DNA from: Macrostomum hystrix
Lineage: Eukaryota; Animalia; Platyhelminthes
Assembly: GCA_950097015.1 (NCBI GenBank)
Contig: CATNEN010000003.1
Location: 7,998,001-8,062,000, forward strand
Length of the DNA: 64,000 nt
Direction: 5' to 3'
The notes below the pieces were generated by a model that did no database searches, was not told the DNA's origin, and was given only the letters and a program-made list of their open reading frames with translations. Within the stretch, counting starts at the first letter, position 1, and every line of letters starts with the position of its first letter. Below are positions 11,301 through 24,000 of this stretch, piece by piece. The position numbers and the translations under genes were made by a program.

Positions 11301-14300
11301 GACTGAGATTTTATGGGATTCTAGAATGGGGTTTCACGGTATTATAGAATGGAGTTTCACGGTATTATAGACTGAGATTTTATGGGATTCTAGAATGGGG
11401 TTTCACGGTATTATAGAATGGAGTTTCACGGTATTATAGACTGAGATTTTATGGGATTCTAGAATGGGGTTTCACGGTATTATAGAATGGAGTTTCACGG
11501 CATTATAGACTGAGATTTTATGGGATTCTAGAATGGAGTTTCACGGTATTATAGACTGAGATTTTATGGGATTCTAGAATGGAGTTTCACGGTATTATAG
11601 ACTGAGATTTTATGGGATTCTAGAATGGAGTTTCACGGTATTATAGACTGAGATTTTATGGGATTCTAGAATGGAGTTTCACGGTATATAGACTGAGATT
11701 TTATGGGATTCTAGAATGGAGTTTCACGGTATTATAGACTGAGATTTTATGGGATTCTAGAATGGGGTTTCACGGTATTATAGACTGAGATTTTATGGGA
11801 TTCTAGAATGGAGTTTCACGGTATTATAGACTGAGATTTATGGGATTCTAGAATGGAGTTTCACGGTATTATAGAATGGAGTTTCACGGCATTATAGACT
11901 GAGATTTTATGGGATTCTAGAATGGGGTTTCACGGTATTATAGACTGAGATTTTATGGGATTCTAGAATGGGGTTTTCACGGTATTATAGAATGGAGTTT
12001 CACGGCATTATAGACTGAGATTTTATGGGATTCTAGAATGGAGTTTCACGGTATTATAGACTGAGATTTTATGGGATTCTAGAATGGGGTTTCACGGTAT
12101 TATAGAATGGAGTTTCACGGTATTATAGAATGGAGTTTCACGGTATTATAGACTGAGATTTTATGGGATTCTAGAATGGGGTTTCACGGTATTATAGAAT
12201 GGGGTTTCACGGTATTATAGAATGGAGTTTCAACGGTATTATAGACTAAGATTTTATGGGATTCTAGAATGGGGTTTCACGGTATTATAGAATGGAGTTT
12301 CACGGTATTATAGACTGAGATTTTTCACGGTATTATAGAATGGAGTTTCACTGTATTATAGACTGAGACTTTATGGGATTCTAGAATGGGGTTGTTCACG
12401 GTATTATAGAATGGGGGTTTCACGGTCTTATAGAATGGAGTTTCACCGGTATTATAGGACTGAGATTTTATGGGATTCTAGAATGGGGGTTGCACGGTAT
12501 TATAGAATGGAGTTTCACGGTATATAGACTGAGATTTTATGGGAATTCTAGAATGGGGTTTCCACGGTATTTATAGAATGGGAGTTTCACGGTACTTATA
12601 GACTGAGATTTTATGGGATTCTAGAATGGGGGTTTCCGGTATTATAGAATGGAGTTTCACGGTATTATGCGAATGGAAGTTTCACGGTATTTATAGAATG
12701 GAGTTTCACGGTATTATAGAATGGGGTTTCAACGGTATTATAGACTGAGATTTTATGGATTCTAGAATGGAGTTTCACGGTATTATAGAATGGAGTTTCA
12801 CGGTATTATAGACTGAGATTTTATGGGATTCTAGAATGGGGTTTCACGGTATTATAGAATGGAGTTTCACGGTATTATAGACTGAGATTTTTATGGGATT
12901 CTAGAATGGGGTTTCACGGTATTATAGAATGGAGTTTCACGGTATTATAGACTGGGATTTACTGGGATTCTAGAATGGGGTTTCACGGTATTATAGAATG
13001 GAGTTTCACGGTATTATAGACTGAGATTTTATGGGATTCTAGAATGGGGTTTCACGGTATTATAGAATGAGATTTTCACGGGATTATAGAATGGAGTTTC
13101 ACGGTATTATAGACTGAGATTTATGGATTATGGGTTCACGGTATTATAGAATGGAGTTTCACGGTATTATAGACTGAGATTTTATGGGATTCTAGAATGG
13201 GGTTTCACGGTATTATAGACTGAGATTTTTATGGGATTCTAGAATGGGGTTTCACGGTATTATAGACTGAGATTTTATGGGATTCTAGAATGGGGTTTCA
13301 CGGTATTATAGACTGAGATTTTATGGGATTCTAGAATGGAGTTTCACGGTATTATAGACTGAGATTTTATGGGATTCTAGAATGGAGTTTCACGGTATTA
13401 TAGAATGGAGTTTCACGGCATTATAGACTGAGATTTTATGGGAATTCTAGAATGGGGTTTCACGGTATTATAGACTGAGATTTTATGGGATTCTAGAATG
13501 GGGTTTCACGGTATTATAGAATGGAGTTTCACGCATTATAGACTGAGATTTTATGGGATTCTAGAATGGAGTTTCACGGTATTATAGACTGAGATTTTAT
13601 GGGATTCTAGAATGGGGTTTCACGGTATTATAGAATGGAGTTTCACGGTATTATAGAATGGAGTTTCACGGTATTATAGACTGAGATTTTATGGGATTCT
13701 AGAATGGGGTTTCACGGTATTATAGAATGGGGTTTCACGGTATTATAGAATGGAGTTTCACGGTATTATAGACTGAGATTTTATGGGATTCTAGAATGGG
13801 GGTTTCACGGTATTATAGAATGGAGTTTCACGGTATTATAGACTGAGATTTTATGGGATTCTAGAATGGGGTTTCACGGTATTATAGAATGGAGTTTCAC
13901 GGTATTATAGACTGAGATTTTATGGGATTCTAGAATGGGGTTTCACGGTATTATAGAATGGAGTTTCACGGTATTATAGAATGGAGTTTTCACGGTATTA
14001 TAGAATGGAGGTTTCACGGTATTATAGAATGGAGTTTCACGGTATTATAGACTGAGATTTTATGGGATTCTAGAATGGAGTTTCACGGTATTATAGAATG
14101 GAGTTTCACGGTATTATAGACTGAGATTTTATGGGATTCTAGAATGGGGTTTCACGGTATTATAGACTGAGATTTTATGGGATTCTAGAATGGGGTTTCA
14201 CGGTATTATAGAATGGAGTTTCACGGTATTATAGAATGGAGTTTCACGGTATTATAGACTGAGATTTTATGGGATTCTAGAATGGGGTTTCACGGTATTA

Positions 14301-17300
14301 TAGAATGGAGTTTCACGGTATTATAGACTGAGATTTTATGGATTCTAGAATGGAGTTTCACGGTATTATAGACTGAGATTTTATGGGATTCTAGAATGGG
14401 GTTTCACGGTATTATAGAATGGAGTTTCACGGTATTATAGAATGGAGTTTCACGGTATTATAGAATGGAGTTTCACGGTATTATAGAATGGAGTTTTCAC
14501 GGTATTATAGACTGAGATTTTATGGGATTCTAGAATGGGGTTTCACGGTATTATAGAATGGAGTTTCACGGTATTATAGAATGGAGTTTCACGGTATTAT
14601 AGAATGGAGTTTCACGGTATTATAGAATGGGGTTTCACGGTATTATAGACTGAGATTTTATGGGATTCTAGAATGGAGTTTCACGGTATTATAGAATGGA
14701 GTTTCACGGTATTATAGACTGAGATTTTATGGGATTCTAGAATGGGGTTTCACGGTATTATAGAATGGAGTTTCACGGTATTATAGACTGAGATTTTATG
14801 GGATTCTAGAATGGGGTTTCACGGTATTATAGAATGGAGTTTCACGGTATTATAGACTGAGATTTTATGGGATTCTAGAATGGAGTTTCACGGTATTATA
14901 GACTGAGATTTTATGGGATTCTAGAATGGGGTTTCACGGTATTATAGAATGGAGTTTCACGGTATTATAGACTGAGATTTTATGGGATTCTAGAATGGGG
15001 TTTCACGATATTATAGAATGGAGTTTCACGGCATTATAGACTGAGATTTTATGGGATTCTAGAATGGAGTTTCACGGTATTATAGACTGAGATTTTATGG
15101 GATTCTAGAATGGGGTTTCACGGTATTATAGAATGGAGTTTCACGGCATTATAGACTGAGATTTTATGGGATTCTAGAATGGAGTTTCACGGTATTATAG
15201 AATGGAGTTTCACGGTATTATAGACTGAGATTTTATGGGATTCTAGAATGGGGTTTCACGGTATTATAGAATGGAGTTTCACGGTATTATAGACTGAGAT
15301 TTTATGGGATTCTATGGGGTTTCACGGTAATTATAGAATGGAGTTTCACGGTATTATAGACTGAGATTTTCATGGGATTATAGAATGGAGTTTCACGGTA
15401 TTATAGAAATGGAGTTTCACGGTATTATAGACTGAGATTTTATGGGATTCTAGAATGGAGTTTCACGGTATTATAGAATGGGAGTTTCACCGGTATTATT
15501 ATGACTGAGATTTTATGGGATTCTAGAATGGGTTTCACGGTATTATAGAATGGAGTTTCACGGTATTATAGACTGAGATTTTATGGGATTTCTAGAATGG
15601 GGTTCACGGTATATAGAATGGAGTTTCACGGTATTATAGCCTGAGATTTTAGGGATTCTAGAATGGGGTTTCACGGTATTATAGAATGGAGTTCACGGTA
15701 TTATAGAATGGAGTTTCACGGTATTATAGACTGAGATTTTATGGGATTCTAGAATGGGGGTTTCACGGATATTATAGAATCTGGAAGAGTTTAAGGGGAT
15801 TCTAGAATGAGATTTTCACTGTATTATAGAATGGAGTTTCACGGTATTATAGACTGAGATTTATGGGATTCTAGAATGGGGTTTCACGGTATTATAGAAG
15901 GGAGTTTCACGGTATTATAGACTGAGATTTTATGGGATTCTAGAATGGGGTTTCACGGTATTATAGAATGGAGTTTCACGGTATTATAGACTGAGATTTT
16001 ATGGGATTCTAGAATGGAGTTTCACGGTATTATAGACTGAGATTTTATGGGATTCTAGAATGGGGTTTCACGGTATTATAGAATGGAGTTTCACGGTATT
16101 ATAGACTGAGATTTTATGGGATTCTAGAATGGGGTTTCACGGTATTATAGAATGGAGTTTCACGGTATTATAGACTGAGATTTTATGGGATTCTAGAATG
16201 GGGTTTCACGGTATTATAGAATGGAGTTTCACGGTATTATAGACTGAGATTTTATGGGATTCTAGAATGGGGTTTCACGGTATTATAGAATGGAGTTTCA
16301 CGGTATTATAGACTGAGATTTTATGGGATTCTAGAATGGGGTTTCACGGTATTATAGAATGGAGTTTCACGGTATTATAGAATGGAGTTTCACGGTATTA
16401 TAGAATGGAGTTTCACGGTATTATAGAATGGGGTTTCACGGTATTATAGACTGAGATTTTATGGGATTCTAGAATGGAGTTTCACGGTATTATAGAATGG
16501 AGTTTCACGGTATTATAGACTGAGATTTTATGGGATTCTAGAATGGGGTTTCACGGTATTATAGAATGGAGTTTCACGGTATTATAGACTGAGATTTTAT
16601 GGGATTCTAGAATGGAGTTTCACGGTATTATAGACTGAGATTTTATGGGATTCTAGAATGGAGTTTCACGGTATTATAGACTGAGATTTTATGGGATTCT
16701 AGAATGGAGTTTCACGGTATTATAGACTGAGATTTTATGGGATTCTAGAATGGGGTTTCACGGTATTATAGAATGGAGTTTCACGGTATTATAGACTGAG
16801 ATTTTATGGGATTCTAGAATGGGGTTTCACGATATTATAGAATGGAGTTTCACGGCATTATAGACTGAGATTTTATGGGATTCTAGAATGGAGTTTCACG
16901 GTATTATAGACTGAGATTTTATGGGATTCTAGAATGGGGTTTCACGGTATTATAGAATGGAGTTTCACGGTATTATAGACTGAGATTTTATGGGATTCTA
17001 GAATGGGGTTTCACGGTATTATAGAATGGAGTTTCACGGCATTATAGACTGAGATTTTATGGGATTCTAGAATGGAGTTTCACGGTATTATAGACTGAGA
17101 TTTTATGGGATTCTAGAATGGAGTTTCACGGTATTATAGAATGGAGTTTCACGGCATTATAGACTGAGATTTTATGGGATTCTAGAATGGGGTTTCACGG
17201 CATTATAGACTGAGATTTTATGGCATTCTAGAATGGAGTTTCACGGCATTATAGACTGAGATTTTATGGGATTCTAGAATGGGGTTTCACGGTATTATAG

Positions 17301-17525
17301 AATGGAGTTTCACGGTATTATAGACTGAGATTTTATGGGATTCTAGAATGGGGTTTCATGAGATTATAGATTCAGGTTTCACGGGATTATAGAATGAGAT
17401 TTCACGGGACTCTAGGATCAGGTTTAATGGGATTCTACAATGAGATTTCATGGGATTATAGAATGAGAAGCAATAGAATTCTAGAATGAGGTTTCATGGG
17501 ATTATAGAATGAGGTTTCATGGAAC
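8315..17525 (+). repeat. ~9.2-kb satellite of two interleaved 23-bp monomers (~400 units)
   Basis: Monomer A is TAGACTGAGATTTTATGGGATTC; monomer B is TAGAATGG(G/A)GTTTCACGGTATTA. Degenerate intermediate monomers occur at both edges. Confidence 0.97.
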
Positions 17526-17528
17526 TCT

Positions 17529-17990
17529 TGTGTTTGGTGCTTCCTTGGCACTGGAGGCACTGCACATAATTTTACTTATATTGAGTAAGGATGCAGTCAT
17601 GCGGTAAAAGCTTCGAACTTCTGACCGAGAGGTTTGAAGTTCGAATCTCGGCCCTAGGAGGCTGTTGTTCAAAGCGAGACATTAAATACTGCCATCAGCA
17701 TCACGGAGATAAAAAGAATAAAAATTTCCCTAAATTTTACTAAATCTGATTTCCGAATAAAATCTTCCATAAAATCTCTCAGTCTAGAATCCCATAAAAT
17801 CTCATCTTCCTGGTCTGAGATTGAGACTACGATTTCTTGAGATCAACAAGTGAAACTCAGCGAGACTATTGTAGAATGACCTTGGTCAGAAGTCAAAAAG
17901 CTCGAACCACTGGACTACAGCATTCTTTGCTGCGGTACACGTTTGCATTTATGTGTAGGACATCCAGTGCCTAGCAAAACTATAAACACT
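17529..17990. mobile_element. Degenerate inverted repeat with tRNA-derived (SINE-like) heads, enclosing inverted satellite monomers
   Basis: 17529-17640 resembles the reverse complement of 17875-17990 (GGCACTGGA...CACATAA, GACTTCTGACC). B-box-like GTTCGAATC at ~17639. Reverse-strand monomer A copies at ~17766-17805. Confidence 0.5.
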
Positions 17991-18165
17991 ACATCACAGC
18001 ATCTTAATTCAGCTGTGGCTAAATCGGATTTCTAAAAGTGCGCGCGCCAAACTGAACCATCCCCACCTCAACTCCCCTGCAACCTGAAGGTCACTCAGCA
18101 ATCGCGTGCGCCATCTGAATGAGCTTCAACCGCTTTCTCTTGATCATCGAGACACACTATAGGCC

Positions 18166-19154
18166 GATCGATCAACTGTCAGCAAGTTCTTGTCCATAAA
18201 GCACAGTCGATCGATCAACTGTCAGCAAGTTCTTGTCCATAAAGCACAGTCGATCGATCAACTGTCAGCAAGTTCTTGTCCATAAAGCACAGTCGATCGA
18301 TCAACTGTCAGCAAGTTCTTGTCCATAAAGCACAGTCGATCGATCAACTGTCAGCAAGTTCTTGTCCATAAAGCACAGTCGATCGATCAACTGTCAGCAA
18401 GTTCTTGTCCATAAAGCACAGTCGATCGATCAACTGTCAGCAAGTTCTTGTCCATAAAGCACAGTCGATCGATCAACTGTCAGCAAGTTCTTGTCCATAA
18501 AGCACAGTCGATCGATCAACTGTCAGCAAGTTCTTGTCCATAAAGCACAGTCGATCGATCAACTGTCAGCAAGTTCTTGTCCATAAAGCACAGTCGATCG
18601 ATCAACTGTCAGCAAGTTCTTGTCCATAAAGCACAGTCGATCGATCAACTGTCAGCAAGTTCTTGTCCATAAAGCACAGTCGATCGATCAACTGTCAGCA
18701 AGTTCTTGTCCATAAAGCACAGTCGATCGATCAACTGTCAGCAAGTTCTTGTCCATAAAGCACAGTCGCTCGATCAACTGTCAGCAAGTTCTTGTCCATA
18801 AAGCACAGCCGATCGATCAACTGTCAGCAAGTTCTTGTCCATAAAGCACAGTCGATCGATCAACTGTCAGCAAGTTCTTGTCCATAAAGCACAGTCGATC
18901 GATCAACTGTCAGCAAGTTCTTGTCCATAAAGCACAGTCGATCGATCAACTGTCAGCAAGTTCTTGTCCATAAAGCACAGTCGATCGATCAACTGTCAGC
19001 AAGTTCTTGTCCATAAAGCACAGTCGATCGATCAACTGTCAGCAAGTTCTTGTCCATAAAGCACAGTCGATCGATCAACTGTCAGCAAGTTCTTGTCCAT
19101 AAAGCACAGTCGATCGATCAACTGTCAGCAAGTTCTTGTCCATAAAGCACAGTC
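18166..19154 (+). repeat. 43-bp minisatellite, 23 near-perfect copies
   Basis: Unit GATCGATCAACTGTCAGCAAGTTCTTGTCCATAAAGCACAGTC; 989 bp = 23 x 43. Only two substitutions seen (~18769, ~18809). No spacers. Confidence 0.97.
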
Positions 19155-19299
19155 GCTGCCACCAACGCTTGATCCACCTCGCTTTGAAGTCCAGAGTCCT
19201 AGCTCTAATCGCGATGCTGATATTCTGAGAGAAGCCTGTATCATCGATGAAATAGGGTTGAGCTGGCTTGAAGCCCAATTTTGAGTCGCAGTTTAAAGG

Positions 19300-19520
19300 C
19301 ATACAATGTCTGGGGTTCGATTCCCGATTCCAAAGCAACAATTGGTGCCCTTTAGAAAGACACTTAACTCTGCATTGCTTCAGTTCACCCAGGTGGTAAA
19401 TAGGTAGCAGTATTGGCTGGAGTAAGTATGATCGGGTGTGGCGCCCCCAGTCCATGGACTGAACAGTTATACGAAGCATTCAGATGGTCCAATTCGGGCA
19501 GGTGTAATCAACTGTTACAA
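19300..19520 (+). mobile_element. tRNA-derived SINE, family 1 (other copies ~50730-50910 + and ~55470-55620 -)
   Basis: B-box GGTTCGATTCC, then CAGTTCACCCAG..GTAAATAGGTA and the shared palindrome CAGTCCATGGACTG, found in three places in the window. Confidence 0.6.
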
Positions 19521-21097
19521 TTTTTATTCCAACACAAGCTACAATGAACCCTCGCTCCCCTGCCAACCACTCTGTGGTTCTCTGAGCGAATCAGCTAATG
19601 CTGGGTGACTAATCCAGCCGCTCGGGTTCTGTCGGTAGGATTAATATAATCACCGAGAGGCATCTAACAGACCGTAACCCCCTAACACACCTGCGAATTG
19701 TCTTTAATCCACAGAGCATTCCTAATTATCCGACCCGATCGGGAATAGCACCCGCCTGCCTTGTGCCATTGTGCCAGGGAGTAGAGTGCCTTCATCTGCT
19801 GTCGCTGCCTGTACAATAGTATCTGCTCAACTTCAAAGCAGAATTGCTGGAGTCCTTGAAGTCCTTGAGTTCGGGAGTCCTGAAATTGTAAGCGAAATTG
19901 ATCCAAGCACGTGCAGCACATGCCAGTCGTATACGAACTTAGGGCATTGGTAAACCAATTTTATCTCTGCATCTCTTCTAAAGGCTACAACAAAAGCTAC
20001 GGCATTTTTACAACAACAGGAACTCTAATATTATTCACAACTAGTACCAGCATTTAAACTGCCAAGCTGCTGTGCCCATGTTTACATGTTGATTGTGCAC
20101 TCGCTGATTGAATATGCATAGGAAATTGCACATCCGTGATTAAATTCAGACACGAGTGTCGGAAAGTGTTCTTGCCTCATTAGATCAGAATTAGAAGAAG
20201 CTGCTATAAATTGATCGCATTTTATTAATTCAGTTCTTGTCAGCACCAACTGTAAAGGGAACTTGTATCTTGCTAAGTTTTGCCGTGTGCCGTTCTGAAA
20301 TAGAAATTCTACAGGTAAATATTATATACCAAGACTGCCATTCCAAAGCTGATAAGAAATGAGGAGTTCATTGGAGCAAATTTAGAAATGGAACACACTC
20401 CAGCGATGTTTAGAACAAACGCTTTAACAAAACTCTCCAATGAGACCTTCGCCTGAATATTTAGCATGCAGGTTTTATATAAGCTGAGCCAGATCTGGGA
20501 TAGTTGTACACCTAAATATGATATTCATACAAACACTTTATAAATACAGTCTGGGCTCCATCAGGAGTAAAGCTTCGTTAGCGCCAGTGTTTATGGCCAA
20601 GCGATAAATATTAAGCATACAAGACGGACGCTCGCTTTGGTACTGAATAAATAGGACAAGCGAAAATTGCCAAATTGAGGCTAATAGGAGTCGGTAACAA
20701 ACTGCACCCATTAAATTAGTAACGAAATGACTACATTTATAAGTAAATCAAATCAAGTTTAGGTCTTTGCTTAACTGGAGTATGGAAACCTTAGTGAAGC
20801 AGTCGCTGATTCTCAAATTGATAAAATGGATGCTTAATAGAGCTGATAAAATCGAATCTGTGCATATTGCTCTGGAATAAAAACAGGCGCAGGTTACAGT
20901 CATTTCCGTTTTGATCTTTCACAGACATTGCTGCTTCTAATCAGACTTATGTAGACAAGCTGATTCGTGTGGCAGTTCTTCGAATTCAATGCTATCACAG
21001 GATTAGCATCGAAAATTGGTAGGCAGAACTCGATAGCTATTAACGCTATCCCTAAATTAGTTTCCTCAAATCAACATCCTCTCAACTCTTTGAAGTG

Positions 21098-24000
21098 TCA
21101 AGCCGTCACCAGGTGGCCTTCCTCATCCAGGTGGCCAACAATTGGCAGGTAGAGAGTCTCCCAGCTGTCCGAGAGGCCGGGCACCGAGCCCACAACGGTG
21201 GCGTATTCCGTGTTGCCCAAGTTCTGCGGGTAAAAATGCAGGATGTGGCGCGAAGATGAGGAACATGATGCAGTTGCTGACGGAGAAGCTATTCGGTTGC
21301 AAAGTTTAAGAAGCCTGTGGATTCTTCATTGCATCATTCTTCAAGTGCAAAATGAAAGATTGCATTACATTCACTTTATAAACGCCTGTATTTTACTAGA
21401 CTTTGCAAAACATCATTTTTTCTTCGAGTTTCACAGAAGGGCGTTTACGAGCTCATAGTGACGATAAAAATATTACCTGGTACAGATAGTGCGACTTTCT
21501 AAACTCCAACTCGAGCTCCAGGGATGAACGGCGCTCTTCGTTTCTGGTTTTAGAGGCCGCAGCCGAGGTGGCCATCGATAGCTGAACCGAGTTTAGTCTG
21601 CGGCGATGCAGCCAAACAGGCACTGCGAGGATGAGCAGCAGCGGCAGCAGAATCAGCGGGGACAACAGAGGCCACATGGACCTCTGTGGCTCATGGTTAG
21701 GCGTGGCGATCAGCTGAGGCATTTCAGCTGAGGTTTTCATGAGAATGAATATGCTTCACTTTTCCATATGTTTCACCAAATCCATTAATAAATTGTTCGT
21801 AATGTAATGATGTTCATTTGTTATACCTATTTCTGCTTTTTCCTGATGTGAGGCTATCATGCGTAGTTCAAGATAAGCTGTGAATACTTGAGCCTTTGCT
21901 TGCTTCACATATAAAAGATGCTTAATGCTGCACCTAAGCTTGTAGCCTTCTACTGATTCGCAACTCCTCCCCATTCCTCACAATGTCCCATCGCATATAA
22001 TGTGCAGGCCCTCACCACTCACTGACAGGGCCATCGAGCCTAATGAAAATTAAGAACTTCAACAAAAGTCAAGCCCCCTATCTACTGATAATAGTTTGTG
22101 ACATCATGTCTGTCAAAGTTTATTGAATCATCCAACGCATGGTATCGTGCTTTGAGCAGAGCCTTAAAAACTTGCTCACTGGTGGAATTCAGCGTCCAAT
22201 TGTAGGTCTCCGAGAAATTCTGCCCACCTACTTGAGTCACAATGCAGGAGATTTCAATGAAAGGAATTTGCTCATGATGAACAAATGCTAATGCGTGAGT
22301 CGCATTGCCAAGCAGAACCGAACGGTTTGAGATTTCGCTTCTAAAGATCTGGAATCAAAATGGTTTCAGGCATCGAATCAACTACTGTACTCAAATAGCG
22401 AGATAGAGGAACAATTTTAGGCCTCATGAAACGTTCGCGTACTGATGATGAAGAATTGCCATTGACAAAGCACTCAGCCTCCGGCATGGGGTTTCCACCT
22501 GACAGACGCAGGGTGCCATCAAAGTGGGTTCCATTGAAGCTCGGCTCGGACAGCGTCACGTTTGGCTTGTCTAAAATCAGTTTTGAATTTGATTTCTTAG
22601 AGCAACTTCTTCAGCCACATGCGAGTTGGGTCGTTTTAAATCGCTTAAAACCATCAGCTTACAGTAAACAATGAGAGTCAAACTCCTCCAATCCGACAAA
22701 GCTTTGTCCTGCCTGAATATGCACCTGAGTATCTTCTCATGGTGCACTCTCGAGGCTTGAAGCCAGAAATTCTTCATCATTGTCGATTTCTCCGTCACAT
22801 TTCTGGTCTGTGTAGGAAAGCAGACGAATGAGCTAGTCACAAAAGAACCAGTTGATGAAGATAACAAGCAAGGTACGTACATGAAATTTACTCTTAGACA
22901 GTCTCAGATCTCCTAGAAAGCACTCGAGTTCGCTGACTGTTGGTCTGCCACCAGCTGACTCGAGCGTGACGTTCAGGATGTTGCCTTCAGCGATCTCGGA
23001 ACTTGGACTTATCAGCAGAGAATTGTTGGCCATGTCTGGAATCAGATGATCAGCACTCAGCTGTCTGGCATGCTTATAACAAAATTCAATCAGAAGCAGA
23101 GAGAACACAGTGAGTTTGGTCTCACAGTTCACTTGAAAGACCACTGCGGTGCTGCTGTTGAACACGGTCTGTGAGTTTAGAACTTGCTCAGCTGAGCACT
23201 GAATGGTGCTGCTCTGTCTATGCGGATGGAAACTCACTTCTGTTGTAACTCTATTTGACACGACTTTGCTTGATAGCTGACTCTGAAATATTGCCAGTTT
23301 TATGATAAAGAGAACAGTTTATGCTGTGTTCAAATAACTTTTTTCTTGAAAGAGTAAATGAAAATCAGCTCACAATCAGGCCGTGGTCAGCGCTGCATTT
23401 GTGAGTCACTTTCGGATTCCCGTCACCCGATGTGACGGAGAAGATTTTGGTAACGTTTTCGTAGATGTCGGATGTCTGCAAGCCGGTGATTTCTGGTTTG
23501 GGAGGCTGGTCTGAGGAGTCAGGATTCGATCATCAATTGATTTTAAAATGTAAAGGGCATCCAGTAGGTAAAAGTGTTTAAGATTCTTAACATTCTTTAA
23601 GGAGGTCCTCATGAACTCACAGAATACATTGACACTCTGATTGAAGTTGCTCAGCAGATCTGCCGCACTGCCCTGACTCACTCTGCACATCACAGAGACT
23701 CCGTTCATTTGTCTGCTGGACGTCGAGCTGAAGTTGGTGACGAGTTCCAGCTGTGGAATATCCTGAGTGCGCGGAGAAGTCGCATTTCTCGCATGCGTCA
23801 CATTCATGCGGATGTTTTGACTGCCAGCCACCTGCAGCCAGCACTCATGACTGGGTGCAGGATTCCCACCGACTGACGTCACAGAGACTGAGATGGCCTC
23901 GCCCTCTTTCACATCCAGGGGCTGAGTTGCCGACCATGAGTTATTTGATGCATCTGTGCATGAGTAACAGTTTTAGAATCAATTTCAGATTTGATTGTAG

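Noticed and set aside
12230-15860. Locally diverged satellite patches (~12.2-13.2 kb and ~15.3-15.9 kb) as distinct subfamilies
   Set aside because: Mostly scattered single-base indels, more consistent with long-read consensus error.
8315-17525. CRISPR-like or protein-coding repeat
   Set aside because: Only two recurring monomers with no unique spacers. The 23-bp period with frequent stops gives no ORF.
18166-19154. Possible CRISPR array
   Set aside because: Contiguous identical 43-mers with no unique spacers, no cas genes, and a eukaryotic context.
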